40,755 bases of DNA from a virus (lineage: Duplodnaviria > Caudoviricetes), in IMG/VR virus record IMGVR_UViG_3300017903_003108, positions 1-40,755 of that record, one strand, 5' to 3'. A program made the position numbers and the translations under genes. Positions within the stretch are counted from its first letter, which is position 1. Every line of letters begins with the position of its first letter. The notes beneath the pieces were generated by a model that saw nothing but the letters and a program-made list of their open reading frames with translations, was not told the origin of the DNA and made no database searches. This document shows, one piece after another, positions 1-8,904 of the stretch.

Positions 1-408
1 ATCATCTGTTCTTCTGACGTTGCTTCTGCTCTTGCAGCTGCTGGCATGATGGATTACTCACCAGCTATGTCAACTCAGTTGGAAGTTGATGACACTGGTA
101 ACACCTTCGCTGGTATCCTGAACGGTCGTACCCGCGTATATATCGACCCATATGCTGACACTGACTACGTCAACGTCGGCTACAAGGGTGCTAACCCATA
201 CGACGCTGGTCTGTTCTACTGCCCATACGTTCCATTGACCATGGTACGTGCGGTTGGTGAAGACAACTTCCAGCCACGCATCGGCTTCAAGACTCGTTAC
301 GGCATGGCTTCAAACCCATTCGTTGGTTCTACACCTTCAGACGGTCTTGCTACAAACCGTACTAACCAGTACTACAGAATCTTCCGTGTGGATAACATTC
401 TGACATAA
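1..408 (+). CDS. gp23: Major capsid protein, C-terminal part (truncated at window edge)
   Basis: T4 gp23 C-terminal motifs GYKGANPYDAGLFYCPYVPL and FQPRIGFKTRYGM; frame open from the window start. Confidence 0.97.
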   Translation: MICSSDVASALAAAGMMDYSPAMSTQLEVDDTGNTFAGILNGRTRVYIDPYADTDYVNVGYKGANPYDAGLFYCPYVPLTMVRAVGEDNFQPRIGFKTRYGMASNPFVGSTPSDGLATNRTNQYYRIFRVDNILT

Positions 409-433
409 TAAAAACTAATTTGGTTTTTAACTG

Positions 434-465
434 GAGGGAGTCAATTTTGGCTCCCTCTTTTTTTT
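434..465 (+). terminator. Rho-independent terminator after gp23
   Basis: GAGGGAGTCA-attt-TGGCTCCCTC stem followed by T8. Confidence 0.9.
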
Positions 466-486
466 ACATTTTTTGCGCTTTAAGTG

Positions 487-515
487 TGTACAATGGTTAT
501 AACGCTTGATATAAC
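487..515 (+). promoter_or_regulatory. Sigma70-like early promoter
   Basis: TGTACA-17 nt-TATAAC, matching the recurrent (T/G)TTACA-17-TATAAT pattern of this genome. Confidence 0.7.
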
Positions 516-546
516 ATAATCATTAACCAAAACATAGAGACACACG

Positions 547-741
547 ATGAACTACGAAACCTTTACAGACTGGATTCAAAAGATCGATAAGGCCGAAACT
601 ATCGGTGAATGTAATACCATGATGGAAGAACTAAAAGAAATTGCAGCTTCTGGCCAAGATTGGTTTGGCTACATTCAAACAGTAATGTATGAGGTCCTTG
701 GACGTAAGCAATACCTTCGCCGTCACGGCCAGATGTTTTAA
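547..741 (+). CDS. Small hypothetical early protein (64 aa)
   Basis: ORF with its own promoter and downstream terminator; no recognised motif. Confidence 0.75.
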   Translation: MNYETFTDWIQKIDKAETIGECNTMMEELKEIAASGQDWFGYIQTVMYEVLGRKQYLRRHGQMF

Positions 742-776
742 GCATCTTTTTGATTTTTTCCTACCCTCCCAAACTT

Positions 777-802
777 GGCTGCCTTCGGGCAGCCTTTTTT
801 TT
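777..802 (+). terminator. Rho-independent terminator with cUUCGg tetraloop
   Basis: GGCTGCC-TTCG-GGCAGCC followed by T8. Confidence 0.92.
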
Positions 803-803
803 G

Positions 804-811
804 TATAAATA
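804..811 (+). promoter_or_regulatory. T4-type late (gp55) promoter
   Basis: Exact TATAAATA 5 nt upstream of the gp3 ATG. Confidence 0.85.
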
Positions 812-816
812 ACAGT

Positions 817-1317
817 ATGGCTACACTTACGAAAAACATAAATTACTTACAGCCCACAAGCTATAAGCTGGTTCTGGATAGAAAAAACTATCCGAACTTG
901 GAATTCTTTGCACAAACAATTAACCACCCAGGTATTGGGGTTAATTCTGCAGAAGTTCCATTTAGAAAAATTGCTAGCGTTCCTTTTGCTGGTGATTCTC
1001 TAACGTTTGGTGCACTTACCGCCAACGTTATCTTAGATGAGGATATGAAAGGTTATACTGAAATGTATGACTGGATTCGTAGGTTGGTCGATGAGCCTTC
1101 AGTTAGGGCTACTCAAAGAACTGACACTGTGATTCCTCATTACGCAGACATCACGTTATCTCTTTTGTCTTCGCATAATAATACCGTCAAGAAAGTTCGG
1201 TACTATGAATGTGTTCCAATTGGTTTAGGTGACGTTCAGTTTGGATCCGCAATTAGTGGTAACGAATTTATCACGTTCCCGATTAGCTTCAGATTTACAT
1301 ATTTTGAATTGGAATAA
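817..1317 (+). CDS. gp3: Tail tube terminator / sheath stabiliser
   Basis: NYLQPTSYKL..YPNLEFFAQTINHPG, LTFGAL, LDEDMKGYTEMYDW motifs; synteny gp23-gp3-uvsY-uvsW; start moved to ATG 817. Confidence 0.85.
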   Translation: MATLTKNINYLQPTSYKLVLDRKNYPNLEFFAQTINHPGIGVNSAEVPFRKIASVPFAGDSLTFGALTANVILDEDMKGYTEMYDWIRRLVDEPSVRATQRTDTVIPHYADITLSLLSSHNNTVKKVRYYECVPIGLGDVQFGSAISGNEFITFPISFRFTYFELE

Positions 1318-1912
1318 CGACGATACAGATGAAGATCTGTATTGGTATACAGCCGATCCAGATGAACTCTGGGTCATGGATAAACTCATTCTATCAAGGA
1401 AGATGGGATACAAGTGTGGTCCTGTCGGCTTAGACGTACCCAAACCAGATTATTATATTGTCAGACCGTGTGTTAATATGATAGGTTTAGGCATGGGTGC
1501 ATCCATTGAATGGATTGATCGTGAGACTATGCATCTGCCTGTAGGCCATTTTTGGTGTGAGGTATTTGATGGTCCGCATCTGTCTGTTGATTACCATTAC
1601 GGTAAATCGTGTTTGGTTGTCCAAGGTTTCAAAAATGAGGATACATTAACTAAATGGAATAAATGGGTCAGGTTTGATGCTGAGGTTTCTCTGCCCAAAA
1701 TCCTAGAACCATTCAAAGATAAAGAATATATAAACTGTGAGTTCATTGGTGGAAATCTAATTGAGGTCCACTTTAGGTCCAACCCCGATTTTAAAAATGA
1801 CATACAAGAATTTATTCCTGTATGGGAAGGTGAAGATATAAGTCCTCCAAAAGGATATCGATATATCGAAGATCCTGAAGTTCATGGAAGAATCGGTGCT
1901 TTTGTGAAGTGA
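1304..1912 (+). CDS. Conserved phage protein, probable ATP-grasp-like fold
   Basis: YIVRPCVNxxGxGxG, FWCEVFDGPHLSVDY and INCEFIGGNLIEVHFR resemble ATP-grasp motifs; start uncertain (TTG 1304 chosen). Confidence 0.55.
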   Translation: MNWNNDDTDEDLYWYTADPDELWVMDKLILSRKMGYKCGPVGLDVPKPDYYIVRPCVNMIGLGMGASIEWIDRETMHLPVGHFWCEVFDGPHLSVDYHYGKSCLVVQGFKNEDTLTKWNKWVRFDAEVSLPKILEPFKDKEYINCEFIGGNLIEVHFRSNPDFKNDIQEFIPVWEGEDISPPKGYRYIEDPEVHGRIGAFVK

Positions 1913-1918
1913 TATATA

Positions 1919-1996
1919 ATGAAAGATTCTGATATTGCGACAATAATTTTCGTGTGCACGATTATTGCTTTTATTGTTATGGTGACTACAACATGA
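1919..1996 (+). CDS. 25-aa single-pass membrane peptide (MKDSDIATIIFVCTIIAFIVMVTTT)
   Basis: Fills the intergenic gap; its TGA overlaps the uvsY ATG (ATGA coupling); strongly hydrophobic. Confidence 0.5.
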   Translation: MKDSDIATIIFVCTIIAFIVMVTTT

Positions 1997-2439
1997 TTGA
2001 TTTGAAAGAACTACACGCCGAATGGGCAGAAGACTCTGTCATTGATCCCATTCACCTGGATGAGAGTTCCAGAAAAACCCCCTTGCTACATGCTAAGTAT
2101 TTAGAGAAGCTTTCAACTGCAAAGCTTCTTTTAAAGAGGGCAGAGTTTTCTCAAAAAACTTTGCTTAAGCAAAAATGGCTATATTACAATGGGAAACTCG
2201 ATCAAGAAAAGATTAAAGAATTTGGTTGGGATCCGGATCCTTTTGACGGTCTAAAAATTCTAAAAGGCGAATTAGACTATTATTATGATGCTGATCCTGA
2301 AATTCAAAAGTCAGAAGAAAAAATTCAGTACTATAAAACGCTAGTAGAGACACTCACTGATATGGTTTCAAATATCACGTGGAGACATCAAACGATTGGT
2401 AATATTATCAAATGGAAACAATTCGAGTCAGGAAACTAA
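1993..2439 (+). CDS. uvsY: Recombination mediator UvsY
   Basis: W..DS.ID, P.LHAKYL, KWLYYNGK, YYDADPEI and RHQTIGNIIKWKQFESG motifs; immediately upstream of uvsW. Confidence 0.9.
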   Translation: MIDLKELHAEWAEDSVIDPIHLDESSRKTPLLHAKYLEKLSTAKLLLKRAEFSQKTLLKQKWLYYNGKLDQEKIKEFGWDPDPFDGLKILKGELDYYYDADPEIQKSEEKIQYYKTLVETLTDMVSNITWRHQTIGNIIKWKQFESGN

Positions 2440-3887
2440 ATCATGCAAACCTTCACATTGACTGTGAATTTGGTCCTGCCGAAGAATTAAAAGAATTCTT
2501 TTCTTTCTTTGTCCCAGGTTATAAGTTTATGCCTGCGTTTAAGCGCAGAATCTGGGACGGCAAGATAAGGTTGTTTGATACTAAAACTGGTGAATTACCT
2601 GCTGGTTTGATATATCATCTACTCAAGTTTGTAGAATCACGTGGCTATAAATTTGAATTGGTAGAAACCGAGTATGGTCTTCCGTATTCAGAAGACAAAC
2701 CTGATCCAAAAGAATTTTTAGATTTTGTAGATTCTATTGGCTTACCTGAACACATTAAAATCAGGGATTATCAATTTTTAGCTTGCATCGAGGGCTTAAA
2801 ACGTAAAAGAGCTGTACTAGTATCACCGACTGGTTCAGGTAAATCTCTTATCATTTATTTGTTGATGAGATGGTTTATTAAACAGCAGCGCAAAAAAGTT
2901 CTTATTATTGTACCAACAACATCACTAGTTGAGCAAATGAGTTCAGACTTTGTGACTTATGGAATGGGCGAAGAATTTGTCCATAAGATTTATTCTGGTA
3001 AAGATAAGGACACTGAAAAGCCGATTGTTATTACGACATGGCAATCAATTTATAAACTACCAAAAATGTGGTATCAACCTTTCGGTATGGTTCTCGGTGA
3101 TGAATGTCATGGATTTAAATCCAAGTCCCTGATGAATATCATGAACAAAGCAACAGAAGCGGAGTATAGATATGGTACGACCGGAACTTTGGACGGGTCT
3201 GAAACACATGAGCTTGTCCTCCAGGGCTTATTCGGTAAGGTCTTCAAAGTCACTACAACAAAGGCTCTACAAGATAATGATACACTTGCACCTCTTGATA
3301 TCAAACGTCTCGTACTCGATTATGATGACAAGACACGGAAAGAGTTTGGAAAACGAACTTACCAAGAAGAAATCGAGTGGATCGTAGAGAACGAAAAAAG
3401 AAATAAATTCATTACAAACCTAACTAACGACCTTAAAGGTAATACGCTTGTTCTGTTCAACTATGTTGAGAAACATGGTAAGCCTCTTTTTGATAGCATA
3501 AATAAAAAGGTCGATGAGGGACGTAAAGTATTTTTTGTCTCTGGCGAAGTAGCTACTTCAGACCGTGAAGCCATTCGTGGAATTATGGAGAAACAGAAAA
3601 ATGCCATTATCGTTGCTAGTCTTGGCACTTTTAGTACCGGTATCAATATCCGCAATCTACACAATATTGTATTTGCTTCTCCTTCGAAATCACAAATCAG
3701 AGTCCTACAAAGTATCGGGCGAGGATTAAGAAAATCTGAAGACGGTAGAACGACGGTACTTTATGACATTATAGATAATATTGTATTTGAGGGAAAGCCG
3801 AATTTTGCTATGACACATGGCGATCATCGGAATGAAATCTATACTCGTGAAGAATTTAACGTGAAAACCTATAAGATTAAAATATGA
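2412..3887 (+). CDS. uvsW: SF2 DNA helicase UvsW
   Basis: SPTGSGKS (Walker A), DECH, TGT, FSTGINI and QSIGRGLR motifs. Confidence 0.96.
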   Translation: METIRVRKLNHANLHIDCEFGPAEELKEFFSFFVPGYKFMPAFKRRIWDGKIRLFDTKTGELPAGLIYHLLKFVESRGYKFELVETEYGLPYSEDKPDPKEFLDFVDSIGLPEHIKIRDYQFLACIEGLKRKRAVLVSPTGSGKSLIIYLLMRWFIKQQRKKVLIIVPTTSLVEQMSSDFVTYGMGEEFVHKIYSGKDKDTEKPIVITTWQSIYKLPKMWYQPFGMVLGDECHGFKSKSLMNIMNKATEAEYRYGTTGTLDGSETHELVLQGLFGKVFKVTTTKALQDNDTLAPLDIKRLVLDYDDKTRKEFGKRTYQEEIEWIVENEKRNKFITNLTNDLKGNTLVLFNYVEKHGKPLFDSINKKVDEGRKVFFVSGEVATSDREAIRGIMEKQKNAIIVASLGTFSTGINIRNLHNIVFASPSKSQIRVLQSIGRGLRKSEDGRTTVLYDIIDNIVFEGKPNFAMTHGDHRNEIYTREEFNVKTYKIKI

Positions 3888-4321
3888 ACTACGATCAAGT
3901 AAAACAATTTAAGCTTACTAATGATGAAGAAATTCTATGTGAAGTAGTAGAATGGGACTCACAAGATGATCCTAAGATTGTCATAAGAGCCGCACTTAAA
4001 ATTGTTACTGGTGAAAATTTGGACCAAGGTTTTCGATTCTTTTCATTTACCCCATGGATGGGGTTTACGTCTGACCCAAATGATTTGCATATGCTAAATG
4101 CAGCTCATATTATTGGTGAATCAAATCCTACAGATGAATTGATGGAACACTATATTGAAGCGTTGACTAAAATGGCAACGTCTGAAGGTGGTCCTCGTAA
4201 AGGTTTTCATCTAGATGAATTTGCCAATATGACTGAAGAAGAAATGGCAGACTATATTCAGAGTAAATTAGAAGAAGACGAGGAAGAATCAGTAGAAGAA
4301 ATTTCTAAAATGATTCATTAA
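3884..4321 (+). CDS. Conserved T4-like hypothetical protein (Sm-like N-terminus, acidic tail)
   Basis: KQFKLTNDEEILCEV N-terminus; usual position between uvsW and gp55 in marine T4-like phages. Confidence 0.7.
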   Translation: MNYDQVKQFKLTNDEEILCEVVEWDSQDDPKIVIRAALKIVTGENLDQGFRFFSFTPWMGFTSDPNDLHMLNAAHIIGESNPTDELMEHYIEALTKMATSEGGPRKGFHLDEFANMTEEEMADYIQSKLEEDEEESVEEISKMIH

Positions 4322-4356
4322 GGGTATACCTCTTCCCCCCGGCGTATGTTATACTA

Positions 4357-4385
4357 ATTTTACACTATTTTTTAAGATTTGTACA
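4357..4385 (-). promoter_or_regulatory. Divergent sigma70-like promoter pointing away from gp55
   Basis: Minus strand TGTACA-17 nt-TAAAAT followed by a G-rich leader (see findings). Confidence 0.5.
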
Positions 4386-4419
4386 TACCTTTACCTAAAA
4401 AATTATAACTTTTTTTATA

Positions 4420-4448
4420 TTTACTTTACAGTCTGCATATGGTATAAT
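4420..4448 (+). promoter_or_regulatory. Sigma70-like promoter for gp55-gp47-gp46
   Basis: TTTACT-17 nt-TATAAT, then an AGGAGG Shine-Dalgarno. Confidence 0.85.
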
Positions 4449-4467
4449 TCCTATTACAGGAGGTCAT

Positions 4468-5076
4468 ATGGCTAGGTCAAAGAAACAAAGTATTCATTAT
4501 GTAAATAACGCTGATTTTTCTCAGGCGGTAGTTGATTATGTTATGACAGTCAATGAAGCCAGGGATAATAAGACGGACATTCCAAAAGTTCCTGATTATA
4601 TTGCTCAGTGTTTCCTTCGTATTGCAGAAGGTTTGTCACATAAAACTAATTTTATTCGATACACATACCGTGAAGAGATGGTTATGGATGCGGTCGAGAA
4701 TTGTTTAAAAGCTATTGGTAACTATGATATCAAAGCAGCAACTCGTACTGGTAAACCAAATGCATTTGCTTACTTTACTCAAATTTCATGGTATGCTTTT
4801 TTGCGTCGTATTGCAAAAGAGAAAAAGCAACAGGATATTAAGTTAAGTTACTTGACAAATTCTGGTGTAGAAAACTTTATCACAAACGAAGACATGGAAC
4901 AACTTACCACTAGTGTTATTGGTTCGTTTGTTGATGTTCTTAAAGATCGAATTGATAAAGTCAAATCCTTTGATGATGAAATCAAGGAATACATCAAGGA
5001 AGAAAAGCAGAAACGTAAGAAGCGTAACGTAGAAGCTGATTCCAATCTGTCAGAGTTTATGAAAACGAATCAATAA
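4468..5076 (+). CDS. gp55: Late-transcription sigma factor
   Basis: HYVNN, YIAQCFLRIAEGLS, NFIRYTYREEMVMDAVENC and NAFAYFTQISWYAFLRRIAKEKKQ motifs. Confidence 0.96.
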   Translation: MARSKKQSIHYVNNADFSQAVVDYVMTVNEARDNKTDIPKVPDYIAQCFLRIAEGLSHKTNFIRYTYREEMVMDAVENCLKAIGNYDIKAATRTGKPNAFAYFTQISWYAFLRRIAKEKKQQDIKLSYLTNSGVENFITNEDMEQLTTSVIGSFVDVLKDRIDKVKSFDDEIKEYIKEEKQKRKKRNVEADSNLSEFMKTNQ

Positions 5077-6137
5077 TGAAAATTGCAGTATTGAATGATA
5101 CTCACTGCGGTATCAGGAATTCATCAGAAATCTTTCTAAAGAATGCTGGTGATTTTTATAGTAATATATTTTTTCCAGAATGTGAAAGCCGTGGTGTCAC
5201 GCAGATTTTGCATCTTGGTGATTATTACGATCATCGTAAGTATGTTAACTTCAAAGCACTAAATCATAATCGTAAGGTGTTTTTGAATGAACTTCGTGAA
5301 CGTGGTATGTCAATGGATATCATCCCTGGTAACCATGACACTTTTTACAAGAATACAAATGATCTCAACTCTTTGAAAGAATTGTTGGGTCATTATATGA
5401 ATGAAGTAAATATTGTCATGGAACCCACGGTCATGGAATATGGTTCTTTGCGTTTAGCACTACTACCATGGATTTGTTCGGATAACTATGAAAAATCTAT
5501 GGACTTTATTGCTAACTGCAAAGCAGATTGGCTTGGTGGCCATTTAGAGCTCAATGGCTTTGATATGATGCGTGGTGTAAAAAGTACCCATGGCATGGAA
5601 GCAAATCTATTTAATCGCTTTGAATTAGTCATGTCTGGGCATTATCATACAGCATCAAAAGAAGGCAATATTTGGTATTTAGGAAGCCAATTAGAGTTTA
5701 CTTGGTCTGACGCTCATGATCCAAAGTATTTTCATATCATTGATACGGAAACAAGAGAAGTTGAAAAGGTTCTAAATCCTTATACACTTTTTCATAAAAT
5801 TGTTTACAATGACGTAGAAAATGATTATAATGACTACGACACATCAAAGCTAACTAATAAGTTTGTCAAGGTTGTCGTAGTAAATAAAATGGACACATTT
5901 GGGTTTGATAGATTTATTGATCGAATTCAGAATGAAGACATTTACGATTTAAAGATTGCAGAAAATTTTAGTGAGTTTATTGGTTCAAACGTCGAAGACG
6001 AAGGTTTGCAGGTTGATGATACTCCAAAGCTAATGGATGATTATATTGACGGTGTTGACACGACTCTAGACAAAGATCGCATTAAAATTAAAATGCGTGA
6101 ATTGATGACTCAGGCCCAGGCTCTTGAAGTAGTATGA
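5076..6137 (+). CDS. gp47: Recombination endonuclease subunit (Mre11/SbcD-like)
   Basis: Metallophosphoesterase motifs DTH, GD, GNHD, GHLE and SGHYH. Confidence 0.95.
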   Translation: MKIAVLNDTHCGIRNSSEIFLKNAGDFYSNIFFPECESRGVTQILHLGDYYDHRKYVNFKALNHNRKVFLNELRERGMSMDIIPGNHDTFYKNTNDLNSLKELLGHYMNEVNIVMEPTVMEYGSLRLALLPWICSDNYEKSMDFIANCKADWLGGHLELNGFDMMRGVKSTHGMEANLFNRFELVMSGHYHTASKEGNIWYLGSQLEFTWSDAHDPKYFHIIDTETREVEKVLNPYTLFHKIVYNDVENDYNDYDTSKLTNKFVKVVVVNKMDTFGFDRFIDRIQNEDIYDLKIAENFSEFIGSNVEDEGLQVDDTPKLMDDYIDGVDTTLDKDRIKIKMRELMTQAQALEVV

Positions 6138-7846
6138 TTATATTTGAAAAGCTTCGGTATAAGAATTTTCTTTCTACAGGAAATAACTTTACCGAAATCC
6201 AATTGAATGGTTCTTCCTCTACATTAATCGTAGGGCAGAACGGAGCTGGTAAGTCTACGATGCTTGATGCTTTGGCATTTGCATTGTTTGGTAAACCACA
6301 TCGTAACATCAATAAACCACAGTTGGTTAACTCTATTAATTCTAAAGGTTGTCTAGTTGAAGTAGAGTTTAAAGTTGGTGCTGCTCAATTCAAGGTTTGT
6401 CGTGGTATTAAACCAACTGTATTCGAAATTTGGAAGAATGGTGATCTAATCAACCAATCTTCTCATGCAAAAGAATATCAGAAGATCCTTGAAAATAATA
6501 TCCTAAAAATCAATCATAAGTCTTTTCATCAGGTAGTAGTACTTGGTTCTTCTTCGTTTATTCCTTTCATGCAATTGCAACCAGGTCATCGCCGAGCTGT
6601 AATTGAAGATTTGTTGGATATTGGTGTATTCTCTAAAATGAATACTATCCTCAAAGAAGAAATGAATAGCTTAAAAGAACAGATTAAGGATTTGACATAT
6701 CAGATTGATCTGACAAAAAATAAAGTAACTACTCAGAAAAAATATATTGCAGACGTTCAACTGTTAACTGAACAAAATGTAACAGCCAAAAAAGAAGCTA
6801 TCGTTGATGCTGAAAATCAAATTAATGCATTGACTCAGGAAAACATTAGTTTGAGTTCTAAAGTTGAAGCTGATCTTGCTCCATTAGAGGAGAAAAACGA
6901 TAGGCTCAATAATAAAAAACAAAGCTTTGTTTCATACTCAGCAACTTTCAAGACCCAAATGGGTACAATTGCTAAGGAAGCTAGGTTCTACGAGGACAAT
7001 GAATCGTGTCCCACATGTTCACAAGATATTAGTAGTAGCCTTAGAGACGATAAACTCAAAGGTGCGAAACAAAAGGCAAAAGAACTTACAGAAGCTATGG
7101 ACAAGCTCGCTGCAGAATCAGCTTCAGTTGAAGAGGATATTCGGTCTACGCAGGAGTTATTGTCCGAAGTCAAAACATGGCAACAAGGTATTCATTATAA
7201 CAATAAAGAAATATCTAGGTTGCAAAGACAAATTGGAAGTCTTCGAGACGAACTTGACAACACAGTTGAAGCTGACCTAAAACAGGCAAATGCAGATCTA
7301 CGTGAAATTAAGATATCTCTAGAGGCTTTTTCAGATGACAAGATGGTTAAGAACGATGAATTTTCTTACAAGTTAGCCATTGGTGAAATGCTAAAAGATA
7401 CTGGTATTAAGACTAAAATCATTAAGCAGTATTTGCCAGTTATGAACCAGCTGATTAATCAGTATCTACAAATTCTAGATTTCTTTGTTCATTTTGATTT
7501 AGACGAAGAATTTCATGAGACTATTAGATCACGCCATCGTGATGATTTTTCTTATGACTCTTTTTCAGAAGGTGAGAAGCAGCGCATTGACCTAGCACTG
7601 TTGTTCACTTGGCGGCAAATTGCCAAGATGAAGAACTCGGTTGCTACTAACCTTCTGATCCTGGATGAAACCTTTGACTCCTCATTGGATGGAGACGGTG
7701 TTGAGAACTTATTAAAGATTCTTAACACTTTGGGTGATGATAGTAATATTTTTGTTATATCACATAAAGGTGAGATTTTAGATGGTAAATTTAAATCTAA
7801 AATTGAATTCAAAAAGGATAAAAATTTTAGTGCAATTGCAGCTTAA
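6134..7846 (+). CDS. gp46: Recombination ATPase subunit (Rad50/SbcC-like)
   Basis: GQNGAGKST, coiled coil with CPTC hook, FSEGEK signature and LILDE. Confidence 0.96.
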   Translation: MIIFEKLRYKNFLSTGNNFTEIQLNGSSSTLIVGQNGAGKSTMLDALAFALFGKPHRNINKPQLVNSINSKGCLVEVEFKVGAAQFKVCRGIKPTVFEIWKNGDLINQSSHAKEYQKILENNILKINHKSFHQVVVLGSSSFIPFMQLQPGHRRAVIEDLLDIGVFSKMNTILKEEMNSLKEQIKDLTYQIDLTKNKVTTQKKYIADVQLLTEQNVTAKKEAIVDAENQINALTQENISLSSKVEADLAPLEEKNDRLNNKKQSFVSYSATFKTQMGTIAKEARFYEDNESCPTCSQDISSSLRDDKLKGAKQKAKELTEAMDKLAAESASVEEDIRSTQELLSEVKTWQQGIHYNNKEISRLQRQIGSLRDELDNTVEADLKQANADLREIKISLEAFSDDKMVKNDEFSYKLAIGEMLKDTGIKTKIIKQYLPVMNQLINQYLQILDFFVHFDLDEEFHETIRSRHRDDFSYDSFSEGEKQRIDLALLFTWRQIAKMKNSVATNLLILDETFDSSLDGDGVENLLKILNTLGDDSNIFVISHKGEILDGKFKSKIEFKKDKNFSAIAA

Positions 7847-7849
7847 TAG

Positions 7850-7878
7850 TTTACAACGCAATGGTTACATGGTATAAT
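7850..7878 (+). promoter_or_regulatory. Sigma70-like promoter for gp45
   Basis: TTTACA-17 nt-TATAAT. Confidence 0.85.
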
Positions 7879-7903
7879 GTTTTCACATTAATTGGAGATG
7901 ATT

Positions 7904-8581
7904 ATGGAACTCAGTGAAAATACTCTAAATATTCTTCGCAACTTTTCTGGTATCAATCAAAATATCTTGATTGAAGAAGGCAATAAAATTAAAACAATCT
8001 CTGAAGCAAAGAACGTACTTGCTACGGCTTCTGTAGCTGAAGAGTTTCCACAACGATTTGGTGTGTATGATCTAAATGAATTCATTAACGCGCTTGGTCT
8101 TGTTGATAAACCCAATTTGTCATTTGGTGACGAGTCCGTAACAATCTCTGACTCATCTGGCAGATCTAAAGTCAAATACTTCTACTCCGCAGAAGAAACT
8201 TTGACTACCCCACAGAAAGGCATCAATATGCCTGACGCTGATGTGACCTTTACGTTGGATAACCATACTTTGAATCGTTTGAAAAAAGCTGCTTCAGCAT
8301 TTGGTCATGATGAAGTGTCTATTTCTGGCAATGATGGTATTTTGTCTCTTTCTGTGGTTGATACCGAAAACATGACTTCGAACGTTTTCTCTATCGATGT
8401 TGATGGTGAATATGATCCGAATATTGTTTTCAATTTTATTCTGAGCATTGGCAATCTTAAGATTCTCCCTGGAGATTATGAAGTTCAGATTTCACGTAAG
8501 CTTGTATCGCAATTCCATAATAAGGATCTAAACACCAAATATTGGATTGCGCTTGAAAAAACATCATCATTTGGAGGATAA
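7904..8581 (+). CDS. gp45: Sliding clamp
   Basis: MELSENTLNILRNFSGINQNI, FGVYDLNEF and YWIALE motifs; GGAG SD at 7894-7897. Confidence 0.95.
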   Translation: MELSENTLNILRNFSGINQNILIEEGNKIKTISEAKNVLATASVAEEFPQRFGVYDLNEFINALGLVDKPNLSFGDESVTISDSSGRSKVKYFYSAEETLTTPQKGINMPDADVTFTLDNHTLNRLKKAASAFGHDEVSISGNDGILSLSVVDTENMTSNVFSIDVDGEYDPNIVFNFILSIGNLKILPGDYEVQISRKLVSQFHNKDLNTKYWIALEKTSSFGG

Positions 8582-8584
8582 TAA

Positions 8585-8791
8585 ATGTCTGAAGCAGTAA
8601 ACAAACTTTGCGACCTAGCAAATAAAACATCACGATCTACAGTTGCTGTCATCGATGCTATGACTCAACGTGGTGCATTTAAAGGCGAAGAACTTTCTAC
8701 TATTGGAAATCTTCGTGATATGTGCATTGAAATGATTCAAGTAGTTGAAAATATGGAACAAGAAGCTGCTATGGTTGAGGCGGAATCTTGA
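8585..8791 (+). CDS. Conserved small hypothetical protein
   Basis: Good SD (GGAGG); IDAMTQRGAFKGEELSTIG motif seen in marine phages. Confidence 0.75.
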   Translation: MSEAVNKLCDLANKTSRSTVAVIDAMTQRGAFKGEELSTIGNLRDMCIEMIQVVENMEQEAAMVEAES

Positions 8792-8802
8792 TAAATAGAT
8801 AT

Positions 8803-8874
8803 GAGATGGGAGTCATCTCGCTTTTGGGGTAGGAGCCAGAAATAACCTCGCGAGGAGCCAACGGTTAGCTCCTC
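8803..8874 (+). other. Structured intergenic element (three hairpins) upstream of gp44
   Basis: GAGATG/CATCTC, GGGGT/ACCTC and GAGGAGC/GCTCCTC stems; GC-rich within an AT-rich genome. Confidence 0.45.
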
Positions 8875-8904
8875 AACCTTTTATTATATTATGTGGAGAA
8901 GTGA

